64,000 nucleotides of DNA from Betaproteobacteria bacterium (GTDB lineage: Bacteria; Pseudomonadota; Gammaproteobacteria; Burkholderiales; SG8-39). The stretch lies in NCBI GenBank assembly GCA_947478805.1, contig CANJXQ010000005.1, forward strand, positions 6,346-70,345. Reading direction: 5' to 3'. Within the stretch, counting starts at the first letter, position 1. Each line of letters starts with the position of its first letter. The notes beneath the pieces were generated by a model. The model was not told where the DNA came from. It ran no database searches and saw only the letters and a program-made list of their open reading frames with translations. The translations under genes were made by a program, and so were the position numbers. This document shows, piece by piece, positions 38,257-46,310 of this stretch.

Positions 38257-39002
38257 CAGCGGGCTTTCCCCTGATTGGCCACCGCAGCGGCGGCGGCTGC
38301 TGCAGCTGCTGCGTCGCCCAAGTAGTAGTTGCGGATGGGTCGCAGGCTTGCGTCCAGTTCATAGACCAGCGGGATGCCGGTGGGAATGTTGAGGCCCACG
38401 ATCTCCTGGTCGCTGATATTGTCCAGATACTTGACCAGCGCCCGCAGTGAATTGCCATGGGCGGCGATGATGACGCGCTTGCCCTCGCGTACCGTAGGGG
38501 CAATCACATTGCTCCAGTACGGCACGAAACGCGCCACGGTGTCCTTGAGACACTCCGTGAGCGGCAATTCCCCTGCTGTCAGCTGGGCGTAACGCGGATC
38601 GCTTCCCGAATGGCGCGGGTCTTCCCGCGTCAGCGGCGGCGGCGGAGTGTCGTAGCTGCGCCGCCAGGCGAGCACTTGGTCATCGCCGAATTTGGCCGCC
38701 GTTTCAGCCTTGTTGAGCCCCTGCAGCGCTCCATAATGGCGCTCGTTCAGTCGCCAGGAGTGTTGGACGGGGATCCACATGCGATCCATTTCTTCCAGCG
38801 CCAGCCAGAGGGTCTTGATGGCGCGCTTGAGCACCGAGGTATAGGCGAGGTCGAAATCGAAGCCTTCCGCCTTGAGCAGGCGTCCTGCGCGGCGTGCCTC
38901 ATCGCGTCCCTGGTCGGTGAGATCGACGTCGGTCCATCCGGTGAAGCGGTTTTCCTTGTTCCACACGGATTCGCCGTGTCGCAACAGCACGATGCGATGC
39001 AT
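38256..39002 (-). CDS. gpmA: 2,3-bisphosphoglycerate-dependent phosphoglycerate mutase
   Basis: 248 aa. Starts [23 protein letters not shown] (RHGE catalytic motif) and ends with the AVANQGKA tail. Confidence 0.9.
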   Translation of the reverse strand: MHRIVLLRHGESVWNKENRFTGWTDVDLTDQGRDEARRAGRLLKAEGFDFDLAYTSVLKRAIKTLWLALEEMDRMWIPVQHSWRLNERHYGALQGLNKAETAAKFGDDQVLAWRRSYDTPPPPLTREDPRHSGSDPRYAQLTAGELPLTECLKDTVARFVPYWSNVIAPTVREGKRVIIAAHGNSLRALVKYLDNISDQEIVGLNIPTGIPLVYELDASLRPIRNYYLGDAAAAAAAAAAVANQGKAR

Positions 39003-39014
39003 GATTTGGGTTTT

Positions 39015-39044
39015 TTGCGATGCGTTATCAGGGGCCCGTATAAT
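39015..39044 (+). promoter_or_regulatory. candidate sigma-70 promoter for the arsR-rhodanese-grxC unit
   Basis: TTGCGA (39015-39020), an 18-nt spacer, then a perfect TATAAT (39039-39044). Located 15 nt upstream of the first possible arsR start. Confidence 0.4.
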
Positions 39045-39058
39045 AGCCGATTAACCCA

Positions 39059-39430
39059 TTGGACCGGACGCGCCGCCGGCGCGGATACCTTCTCGTGAAC
39101 ACCGCATCGCAAGACATATTTTCCCTGATTGGCCGGTCCGGGCAGATCGAGCTGGCCGCGCACGCCATGAAGGCGATTGCGCATCCGCTGCGCCTGAAGA
39201 TTCTCTGCGTGCTGGGCGACCAGGAAGTCAATGTGCAGGACATTGTCGATGCAGTGGGGACATCGCAAAGCAACATTTCGCAGCACCTCGCGATCCTGCG
39301 CGACAAGGAAATCGTCAATTGGCGCAAGGATGGTAACCGGGTGTTCTACAAGGTGGCTGACGGGCGCACCTTGACCCTGATCGGCATGATGCGCGAAGTG
39401 TTTTGCGGCGAAGAGTCGGACCGGGCCTGA
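39059..39430 (+). CDS. ArsR/SmtB family transcriptional regulator with an SqrR/BigR-like Cys pair
   Basis: HTH block HPLRLKILCVL...VQDIVDAVGTSQSNISQHLAILR. The start is uncertain: TTG at 39059, GTG at 39095 or ATG at 39167. Its only two Cys residues are 66 residues apart. Confidence 0.75.
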   Translation: MDRTRRRRGYLLVNTASQDIFSLIGRSGQIELAAHAMKAIAHPLRLKILCVLGDQEVNVQDIVDAVGTSQSNISQHLAILRDKEIVNWRKDGNRVFYKVADGRTLTLIGMMREVFCGEESDRA

Positions 39431-39455
39431 ACTGGCGCGTAACGCGGGAAAATTG

Positions 39456-39872
39456 ATGAATATCTGGAAATTCCTCCTCGACAACATCTACATCGTCGCG
39501 GTCGCGGTGATCAGCGGCGGCATGCTGGTGTGGCCGATGCTCAAGCGCGGTGCCGGAGGCCCCGCAATCGACACGCTGCAGGCAACTTTGCTCATGAACC
39601 AGCAGAATGCCACCGTGATCGATGTGCGCGAACAGTCTGAATACGAAGCGGGCCACATTCTCAATTCGCGCAATATTCCGCTTTCCCAGGTCGAGGCCCG
39701 TGCGGGTGAAGTCAAAAAGAACAAGAACCTTCCGGTCATCGTTTACTGCGCGAGCGGCGTTAAATCAGCAGCGGCCGTCGCTGCCTTGAAGAAGAGCGGC
39801 TACGAGCAGGTGTTCAACCTCGCCGGCGGCATCGCCGCTTGGCGTCAGGCAGGACTGCCGACGGAAAAGTGA
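39456..39872 (+). CDS. rhodanese-domain sulfurtransferase with N-terminal TM anchor (YibN-like)
   Basis: ATG at 39456 (the track starts at a TTG 3 nt upstream). Hydrophobic N-terminus and active-site loop CASGVKS. Confidence 0.8.
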   Translation: MNIWKFLLDNIYIVAVAVISGGMLVWPMLKRGAGGPAIDTLQATLLMNQQNATVIDVREQSEYEAGHILNSRNIPLSQVEARAGEVKKNKNLPVIVYCASGVKSAAAVAALKKSGYEQVFNLAGGIAAWRQAGLPTEK

Positions 39873-39874
39873 CC

Positions 39875-40135
39875 ATGGCCAAAGTCGTCATGTACTCCAC
39901 TGCGGTCTGCCCGTACTGTGTGCGGGCGGAACGGTTGCTCGTGTCCAAGGGTGTCGCCGAGATCGAGAAGGTGCGCATCGACCTGGATCCGATCAGGCGC
40001 CAGGAAATGATGGACAAGACCGGCCGGCGCACGGTGCCGCAGATCTGGATTGGCGAGACCCACGTCGGCGGCTGCGACGAACTGTATGCCCTCGACAGGA
40101 GCGGGAAGCTGGAACCGCTGCTTAACGCACCGTGA
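39875..40135 (+). CDS. grxC: glutaredoxin 3
   Basis: ORF 39839..40135 trimmed to MAKVVMYSTAVCPYC. CPYC active site, TVPQIWI, and GGCDEL. Confidence 0.85.
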   Translation: MAKVVMYSTAVCPYCVRAERLLVSKGVAEIEKVRIDLDPIRRQEMMDKTGRRTVPQIWIGETHVGGCDELYALDRSGKLEPLLNAP

Positions 40136-40193
40136 ACCGGGTCGAGCGGTTCCGCCACGACTGCGCCCGCACAACGATTTTCTGATTGGAGCA

Positions 40194-40664
40194 ATGATGA
40201 GCGAAGCGCAACAGCCGGTTTTCAGCATCGAAAAGATCTACGTCAAGGACCTCTCTTTGGAGGTGCCCAATGCGCCGCAGGTGTTCCTGCAGGCTGAGGC
40301 TCCGCAGCTTGAGGTGCAGTTATCCAATGCATCGCAGAGCATTGACGGCGTGCTGTTCGAGTCTTCGGTTTCAGTCACCGTGACGGCAAAAGTCGGAGAC
40401 AAGACCTTGTTTCTCGTCGAGGCGGTGCAGGCGGGAATCTTCCAGATCCGCGGGATTCCGGAGGGTGAATTGCCGGCGGTGCTGGGGATCGTCTGCCCGA
40501 ATGTGCTGTTCCCTTATGCCCGGGAAGCGGTCTCGGATATCGTCAATCGCGCCGGGTTCCCGCCCGTGTTGCTCGCGCCGGTGAATTTCGAGGCGATCTA
40601 CCAGCAGCAGATGGCGGGCGCGGCGCAGTCGGATGCCGGCCCACGCATCGAGATTGCGCACTGA
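40194..40664 (+). CDS. secB: protein-export chaperone SecB
   Basis: ORF 40050..40664 trimmed to MMSEAQQPVFSIEKIYVKDLSLEVPNAP. Contains the CPNVLFPYAREAVSD block. Confidence 0.9.
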   Translation: MMSEAQQPVFSIEKIYVKDLSLEVPNAPQVFLQAEAPQLEVQLSNASQSIDGVLFESSVSVTVTAKVGDKTLFLVEAVQAGIFQIRGIPEGELPAVLGIVCPNVLFPYAREAVSDIVNRAGFPPVLLAPVNFEAIYQQQMAGAAQSDAGPRIEIAH

Positions 40665-40676
40665 TCGACGCCCCCG

Positions 40677-41123
40677 ATGCGACGCTTGCTCGTAGCCATT
40701 CAACTGGCACTTGCATCAGCCGGTGCCGCCAGCGCCTTTGGCGCTGACCTTCGTTCGGTATCGGAGCGCGTCGCCGTCCTCTACGATGCGCCTTCGATCC
40801 GGGCAAAGAAAGTGTACGTGGTCGGGCAGTACTACCCGGTCGAGATCGTGGTGAACCTGGACAACTGGGTCAAGGTGCGCGATGTCAGCGGCGAATTGAC
40901 CTGGATCGAGAAGAAGTCGTTGTCCGAGAAGCGCACGCTGATTGTCACCGTGGCGATGGCCGACGTGAGGCAGGCCGCCGACGAGAAGTCCGCATTGGTG
41001 TTTCAGGCCCGTGAGGGCGTGATCCTCGAGCTGTCTGAAATAGGCAGCACGGGGTGGGTCAGGGTGCAGCACCGCGATGGCCAGACCGGCTACGTCAACA
41101 GCAAGCAGGTCTGGGGTCTTTAG
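40677..41123 (+). CDS. periplasmic SH3-like domain protein
   Basis: 148 aa. Signal peptide, then two segments of the WVKV/WVRV-type bacterial SH3 pattern. Tentative. Confidence 0.45.
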   Translation: MRRLLVAIQLALASAGAASAFGADLRSVSERVAVLYDAPSIRAKKVYVVGQYYPVEIVVNLDNWVKVRDVSGELTWIEKKSLSEKRTLIVTVAMADVRQAADEKSALVFQAREGVILELSEIGSTGWVRVQHRDGQTGYVNSKQVWGL

Positions 41124-41162
41124 GCCGCGGGCTTATCGAGGGCCGGCCAGGCGAATATCCCG

Positions 41163-42143
41163 ATGAACATTGCCATTCTGGGTGCAGGTGCGTGGGGCAC
41201 TGCGCTTGCCGTCTCGCTGTCGAGCAGCCATCGATTGGCCCTGTGGGCGCGCGACCCCGAATTGGCCCGAACGCTGGCGGGCGAGCGCCTGAACAGCCGT
41301 TATCTGCCGGAAATCGAATTGCCCCAGTCGGTCGAGCCGACAGGGGATTTTGATCATGCGGTGGCCGATGCGACGTTGCTGATCGTGGCCACGCCCATGT
41401 CCGGCCTGCGCGAGACATTGCGCCGGGTGAAATCAATCGATGTACCGGTGGTGTGGGCGTGCAAGGGCTTCGAGGCGGACTCGGCGACTTTGCCGCACCG
41501 GATGGCGGTGGCCGAACTCGGGGCTGCGCGCGTGTGCGGCGTGTTGTCTGGCCCGAGCTTTGCGCAGGAAGTGGCGCGCGGGCAACCGACGGCACTGACG
41601 CTGGCTTCCTCGGATGCCGTCTTCGCTCGCGAAACCGCGCGCGCGCTGCATCACTCACGTCTCCGGATCTACTACAGCACCGATGTCGTCGGGGTCGAGG
41701 TTGGCGGCGCGGTGAAAAATGTCATGGCCATTGCCACCGGCATTTGCGACGGCTTGAAATTGGGCCTCAATGCGCGAGCCGCGTTGATTACGCGCGGGTT
41801 GGCCGAGATCACGCGGCTCGGCATGCGTCTTGGCGGGGCTGCGGAAACCTTCATGGGCCTGGCGGGGGCGGGTGACTTGATCCTGACTTGTACCGGGGAC
41901 CTGTCGCGCAACCGCCGCGTGGGCTTGATGCTGGCGGGCGGCAAAAGCCTTGAGCACATCCTTCTCGAGCTCGGTCACGTCGCCGAAGGCGTGCATTCGG
42001 CGCAGGCGGTGCAACGACTCGCGCGCGAAACCGGCGTGGACATGCCGATCACGGATGGTGTGTGTTCGGTACTGTTCGGTGGCGTGAGCGCGCGAGACGC
42101 GGTCGGGCAATTGCTGTCGAGAGACCCCAGGAGCGAATCCTGA
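41163..42143 (+). CDS. gpsA: NAD(P)H-dependent glycerol-3-phosphate dehydrogenase
   Basis: 326 aa. Starts MNIAILGAGAWGTALA, with the GAVKNV and GDLILTCTGDLSRNRRVG blocks. Confidence 0.9.
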   Translation: MNIAILGAGAWGTALAVSLSSSHRLALWARDPELARTLAGERLNSRYLPEIELPQSVEPTGDFDHAVADATLLIVATPMSGLRETLRRVKSIDVPVVWACKGFEADSATLPHRMAVAELGAARVCGVLSGPSFAQEVARGQPTALTLASSDAVFARETARALHHSRLRIYYSTDVVGVEVGGAVKNVMAIATGICDGLKLGLNARAALITRGLAEITRLGMRLGGAAETFMGLAGAGDLILTCTGDLSRNRRVGLMLAGGKSLEHILLELGHVAEGVHSAQAVQRLARETGVDMPITDGVCSVLFGGVSARDAVGQLLSRDPRSES

Positions 42144-42161
42144 GTGTGCTTTCGGGGTAAC

Positions 42162-42228
42162 AATTACTGACAGAATAATCTAAGGGTTCTCGTCTCTCCT
42201 GAAAAAATATATCAATTACTGACAGAAA
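42162..42228. repeat. 15-bp perfect direct repeat pair in an AT-rich convergent spacer
   Basis: CAATTACTGACAGAA occurs at 42162-42176 and again at 42214-42228, 52 bp apart, between the 3' ends of gpsA and trmL. Confidence 0.6.
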
Positions 42229-42273
42229 TTCGAAGCCGCATCCCACATTAGCCAGGCCCAGCCGTATTGATAG

Positions 42274-42738
42274 TCAGGCGCCGCGCTCGAAGCCCAGCTG
42301 CCGCCAGGCCTCATAGACGACGACAGCAACGGCATTGGAGAGGTTCAAGCTGCGGCTGTCGGGAAGCATGGGCAGCCGCAATTGGTGGGTCGGCGGAAAT
42401 TCTGCCAGCACCGGTTCTGGCAACCCCCGCGTCTCCGGACCGAAGACCAACACGTCGTCCCGAGCGAAACGACAGTCGGCATATCGGTGCGCTGCACGTG
42501 TTGTCACGGCAAGCAGGCGTCGCCCCTCGAAATGCGCCTTGCAGGCGGACCAGTCCGCATGGACCGTCGCGTCTTCCATGCCGCCGTAATCCAGGCCCGC
42601 TCGCCGCGCGGCACGATCGGATAGGCGAAACCCCAACGGGCGTACGAGGTGTAGCCGGCAGCCGGTGTTGGCGGACAGGCGCAGGATATTGCCCGTGTTG
42701 GGCGGTATCTCGGGCTCGTAGAGGACGATATCGAACAT
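42274..42738 (-). CDS. trmL: tRNA (cytidine/uridine-34 2'-O)-methyltransferase TrmL (SpoU family)
   Basis: ORF 42274..42945 trimmed to MFDIVLYEPEIPPNTGNILRL. 154 aa, with the LNLSNAVAVVVYEAWRQ C-terminal block. Confidence 0.85.
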   Translation of the reverse strand: MFDIVLYEPEIPPNTGNILRLSANTGCRLHLVRPLGFRLSDRAARRAGLDYGGMEDATVHADWSACKAHFEGRRLLAVTTRAAHRYADCRFARDDVLVFGPETRGLPEPVLAEFPPTHQLRLPMLPDSRSLNLSNAVAVVVYEAWRQLGFERGA

Positions 42739-42862
42739 GGGCGGGCGTGTTGGAGATTTGACCCAGGGTGCCAACGATGGCATGCGGGTAACGGTAGCCT
42801 TGATTGTCCCATGCGGTCCCGCGATTCCCTGCTGGGCCTGATCGGCAGGATGCTGCATATGG

Positions 42863-43597
42863 CTACTCGCGCGGCCAGGTGCGCGCGACCACCCAATTCT
42901 CGACATGGATGGCACCGACGCGCTTGAGAGAGGCGGCCAGTGCATCGAGCGTTGCGCCTGATGTCATCACGTCATCAACGATGGCGACCGATTTGCCCTC
43001 GAGTGAAGTGCTGCAATCAAAAGCGCCCCGGACATTGGCCCGACGGCGCATGAGCGGCAGGTCTGCCTGGGCTGGCGTATCGCGCAATCGCTGTGCGGCC
43101 TGAAACGTGAACGCAAGCGCCAGTTCGTGCGCCGTGCGCCGACCGATTTCCACCGATTGGTTGAATCCGCGTTGTGCAAGGCGCCGTGCGTGGAGCGGCA
43201 TTGGAATGACGATATCGATAGCGGTGCTGGACGTTCGTCGCGATTTCACCGATTCGGCGAGCTTTCCTGCAAGGAATGTGGCGAGCGGCAACTTATTGCG
43301 ATGTTTCAGCGCGAGGATCAGTCGATCTGCGGGGAATTCATAACGTAGGGCAGCGTGGGTCGCGTCGTAGCTCGGAGCACGCCTGATGCAGCGCCCGCAG
43401 ACCTGCCCCAACGGGCTCGGCATGGCGCAACGGGGGCAATGCGCAGGGGGCAGTCGTTCCAGTGACTGGTCACAGGGTTGGCAAAGGGCTGAATCGAGGC
43501 TCGGGGCGCCGCATAAGTGGCAGTCTTGCGGGAGCACCTTGTCTGCAATCGAGTGCATAAATTTGTTGCAATTGTCGAATATATTAGAACTGATCAT
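42863..43597 (-). CDS. comF: ComF family protein (Cys-rich N-terminus + phosphoribosyltransferase domain)
   Basis: 244 aa. CHLCG...CQPC...CPRC...CGRC, then the PRTase motif VAIVDDVMTSGATL. Confidence 0.75.
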   Translation of the reverse strand: MISSNIFDNCNKFMHSIADKVLPQDCHLCGAPSLDSALCQPCDQSLERLPPAHCPRCAMPSPLGQVCGRCIRRAPSYDATHAALRYEFPADRLILALKHRNKLPLATFLAGKLAESVKSRRTSSTAIDIVIPMPLHARRLAQRGFNQSVEIGRRTAHELALAFTFQAAQRLRDTPAQADLPLMRRRANVRGAFDCSTSLEGKSVAIVDDVMTSGATLDALAASLKRVGAIHVENWVVARTWPRE

Positions 43598-43666
43598 TTG
43601 ACATTAATGCTTGGGAGCAGGGATCATTGAGGACACTGGCCGATTAGGAATTGGCCGTAGCCAATT
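43598..43666 (+). promoter_or_regulatory. candidate sigma-70 promoter plus palindromic operator-like site
   Basis: TTGACA (43598-43603), an 18-nt spacer, then GATCAT (43622-43627). This is followed by the palindrome AATTGGC-cgta-GCCAATT (43649-43666), 47 bp upstream of the ATG at 43713. Confidence 0.3.
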
Positions 43667-43712
43667 TTGGCGTTGAAAGACTGCAGACAGCTGGCTCGAT
43701 ATTGGGGACCCC

Positions 43713-45008
43713 ATGATTCAAAAGGCTATTCTTTTTGCTCGGCTGGCAGTGTTCATGCTTCCCGGCCTGGTACTGGCGGCCGGGCAACCGGCCGCCGAAA
43801 CTGTTCGATTGGCATTCATTGACCCGTTGAGCGGCCCATTTGCCAATGCCGGCGAGTCCAGCCTGAGGCATTTCCGCACCGCCATTGAGGCAATCAACGA
43901 CCGGGGCGCCTCCGGGGTGCACAAGGGTAAGGCGGGCCCGGCGGCCTATCGTTTCGAAATCACAGGATTCGACAACAAGGCGTCGGCACAGGACTCGCTG
44001 ACCCAGTTGCGGCTAGCCATCGACCAGGGGTACCGCATCATCATCCAGGGGCAGAGTTCCGCGGCCGCCTTGGCATTGTCCGATGCCATCAGCAAGCACA
44101 ATGGGCGCGAGCCTTCGCGCCAGGTGTTGTTCCTCAACTATGCCGCTCTTGATCCGGACCTGACCAACAACCAGTGCTCATTCTGGCATTTCCGATTCGA
44201 CGCTAACTCCGACATGCGCGTTGAAGTGATGGCCAAGGTGCTGGAGCAGGCGCAGGCGGTGAAGGCTGTGTACGTGATCGGCCAGAACTATTCCTTTGGG
44301 CAGCAGGTGTCCCGGGCGGTCCGTGAAGTGCTGGCCCGCAGGCGTCCCGACATTCGCATTGTGGGCGATGAATTGCACCCGCTGGGGCAGGTCAAGGACT
44401 TTGCGCCCTACGTGGCGAAGATTCGCGCCTCCGGGGCCGACACCGTGATTACCGGAAACTGGGGCAACGACCTCTCCTTGCTGGTCAAGGCGGCACGCGA
44501 GTCGGCATTGGACGTGAATTTCTACACTTTCTACGCGGGCTCGCTGGGCGCGGTGACCGCGATCGGCGATGCCGGTGCCGGTCGCGTCAAGCAGGTCACC
44601 GAGTGGCATTCCAATGTTCCCTCTCGCGAGATCGAGGACTATGCCAAGCGTTACAAGGCGCGCTGGGGCGAGGACTTGTTCTTTTTTCGTGTGCAGACCC
44701 TGTTGGGGATGCTGTCCGAGGCCCTCGCCAAGGCGGGCTCGACGGAACCGGTGAAAATCGCCACAGCGCTCGAGGGCATGCGCTATCGCACGGCGCTCGG
44801 GGAAGTCGAGATGCGGGCGGCCGATCACCAGTTGTTGCAGCCGCTGTTCGTGTCCACACTGGTCCGCTCTGGGGCGCGGGGAGGCGACAAGGCGGTGCGC
44901 TACGACGTGGAGAACACCGGGCTGGGTTTTCGCACCGATGCGCGCGTGGAGTCGTTCGTGAGCGCACAGCCGACGTCCTGCCAGATGCGGCGGCCCGCGC
45001 TCCAGTGA
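43713..45008 (+). CDS. branched-chain-amino-acid-type (LivJ-like, type-1 PBP) ABC substrate-binding protein
   Basis: 431 aa. Signal peptide, then a FIDPLSGPFA...GQNYSFGQ pattern. No permease or ATPase genes are adjacent. Confidence 0.75.
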   Translation: MIQKAILFARLAVFMLPGLVLAAGQPAAETVRLAFIDPLSGPFANAGESSLRHFRTAIEAINDRGASGVHKGKAGPAAYRFEITGFDNKASAQDSLTQLRLAIDQGYRIIIQGQSSAAALALSDAISKHNGREPSRQVLFLNYAALDPDLTNNQCSFWHFRFDANSDMRVEVMAKVLEQAQAVKAVYVIGQNYSFGQQVSRAVREVLARRRPDIRIVGDELHPLGQVKDFAPYVAKIRASGADTVITGNWGNDLSLLVKAARESALDVNFYTFYAGSLGAVTAIGDAGAGRVKQVTEWHSNVPSREIEDYAKRYKARWGEDLFFFRVQTLLGMLSEALAKAGSTEPVKIATALEGMRYRTALGEVEMRAADHQLLQPLFVSTLVRSGARGGDKAVRYDVENTGLGFRTDARVESFVSAQPTSCQMRRPALQ

Positions 45009-45064
45009 GTCGGTGCCGCGCTGATGGCGCAGGGCAGTGAACACGCCCGGATAGAATGCCGGGC

Positions 45065-45997
45065 ATGTCGGATACACATTCCCCGGTAGGCACTGAACAC
45101 GCGGTCGATTGGCTGGATGTGCCTGCGGCGCGGCGCCGATTCGAGCGTGCCGCACCAAGCACGGCAGGCGTGGATGTGCTGGCGCGGGAGATCGAGCGAC
45201 GCATGGCCGAACGGCTCGAACTCGTTCGCGTTGCTCCTGATTCGATTCTCGACGCCGGCTGCGGGCTCGGCGCTGGCAGCGCGATGCTGCGCAAGCGCTA
45301 TCCGCAGGCCCGCCTCATTGGCGTCGACAGCGCGTGGCGGGTGCTGCGCCAAGCGGCCCTGTCACGTTCTCTTGGCACGCGGGTTCAACAGCTTCTCTCG
45401 GGCGGCGCGCCCCTCAGGATTTGCGGCGACATTTGCGACTTGCCTCTGACGACGGGAAGCATTTCGATGGCATGGTCGAATCTCGCGCTGGCCTGGACGC
45501 CGGAACCGATGCGCGCGTTTGGCGAACTGGGCCGAGTGCTTGCACCCGGCGGGCTGCTGATGTTTTCCAGTTATGGCCCTGACACGCTGAAGGAGCTTCG
45601 CGCCGCATTTGCAAGTGCCGACGCGTGCGCGCACGTGCATCCTTTCATCGACATGCATGACTTGGGTGACATGTTGGTTGCCAGCGGGTTCGTGACGCCG
45701 GTGATGGACATGGAAACCGTGACGCTGACTTACGCAAACTTCGAAGGGTTGTCGCAAGATTTGCGCTTGTCGGGACAATCCAACGTGGCGCGCGATCGTG
45801 CCCGGGGCATGCTGGGTAGAAACCGGTTTGCGCGCATGCGTGCAGCTTACGAGGCAGCGCGCAAGGACGGCCGCCTTCCGGCAACGATCGAAGTGATTTA
45901 CGGCCACGCATGGCGTGGCGAGCCGCGTGTCGCCAAGGATGGTCGCGCAATCATCCAATTGCAGATTCCCGCCAGGCGCAATGTCAAGCAGCGCTGA
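45065..45997 (+). CDS. bioC: class I SAM-dependent methyltransferase, BioC-like (malonyl-ACP O-methyltransferase)
   Basis: ORF 45056..45997. SAM motif I ILDAGCGLGAG and an N-terminal FERAA...ARE pattern as in BioC. Its position next to comF is typical for beta-proteobacteria. Confidence 0.6.
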   Translation: MSDTHSPVGTEHAVDWLDVPAARRRFERAAPSTAGVDVLAREIERRMAERLELVRVAPDSILDAGCGLGAGSAMLRKRYPQARLIGVDSAWRVLRQAALSRSLGTRVQQLLSGGAPLRICGDICDLPLTTGSISMAWSNLALAWTPEPMRAFGELGRVLAPGGLLMFSSYGPDTLKELRAAFASADACAHVHPFIDMHDLGDMLVASGFVTPVMDMETVTLTYANFEGLSQDLRLSGQSNVARDRARGMLGRNRFARMRAAYEAARKDGRLPATIEVIYGHAWRGEPRVAKDGRAIIQLQIPARRNVKQR

Positions 45998-46310
45998 TTT
46001 GAGAGCGGTTCTCAGCTTGATTTAACTCGGTTTCTTCATTGCTTCGGCTTGCCGCAGCGGTGCTTAGTGTGTTAATTTAGCGCGGCTTTTTTGCCACTTT
46101 CTGCAGGTACATTCCCTCCGCTCATCGCATTACAAGAGCCCATCGACACAGGCCGCTTGCGGCCGGGCTCCAGTCGGTTTCGCGCCACGCGAAGGCAGTC
46201 GGCAGGGGGGCAGTTGCAGTATGGGCGTGATGAGCGGCGTTTAACATGAGGCCCGGCGGTTCGGTTGGCTGCGGGGCTGGCGAACCAGTTTCGGAAATGG
46301 TGAGGACAAG

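Noticed and set aside
38268-38310. GCN trinucleotide run encoding AAAAAAAAAA near the gpmA C-terminus. I considered it as a slippage-prone repeat or a fusion artefact.
   Set aside because: GpmA proteins normally end in an Ala-rich helix followed by AVANQGKA (E. coli ends ...[14 protein letters not shown]). The tail is native, and the codons are mixed (GCA/GCC/GCG/GCT) rather than a pure repeat.
46051-46092. Possible terminator after the bioC-like gene (GCCGC...GCGGC followed by TTTTTT)
   Set aside because: Only a 5-bp stem (7 bp with a bulge) closes a loop of about 20 nt. That is too weak to call, although the T-run is suggestive.
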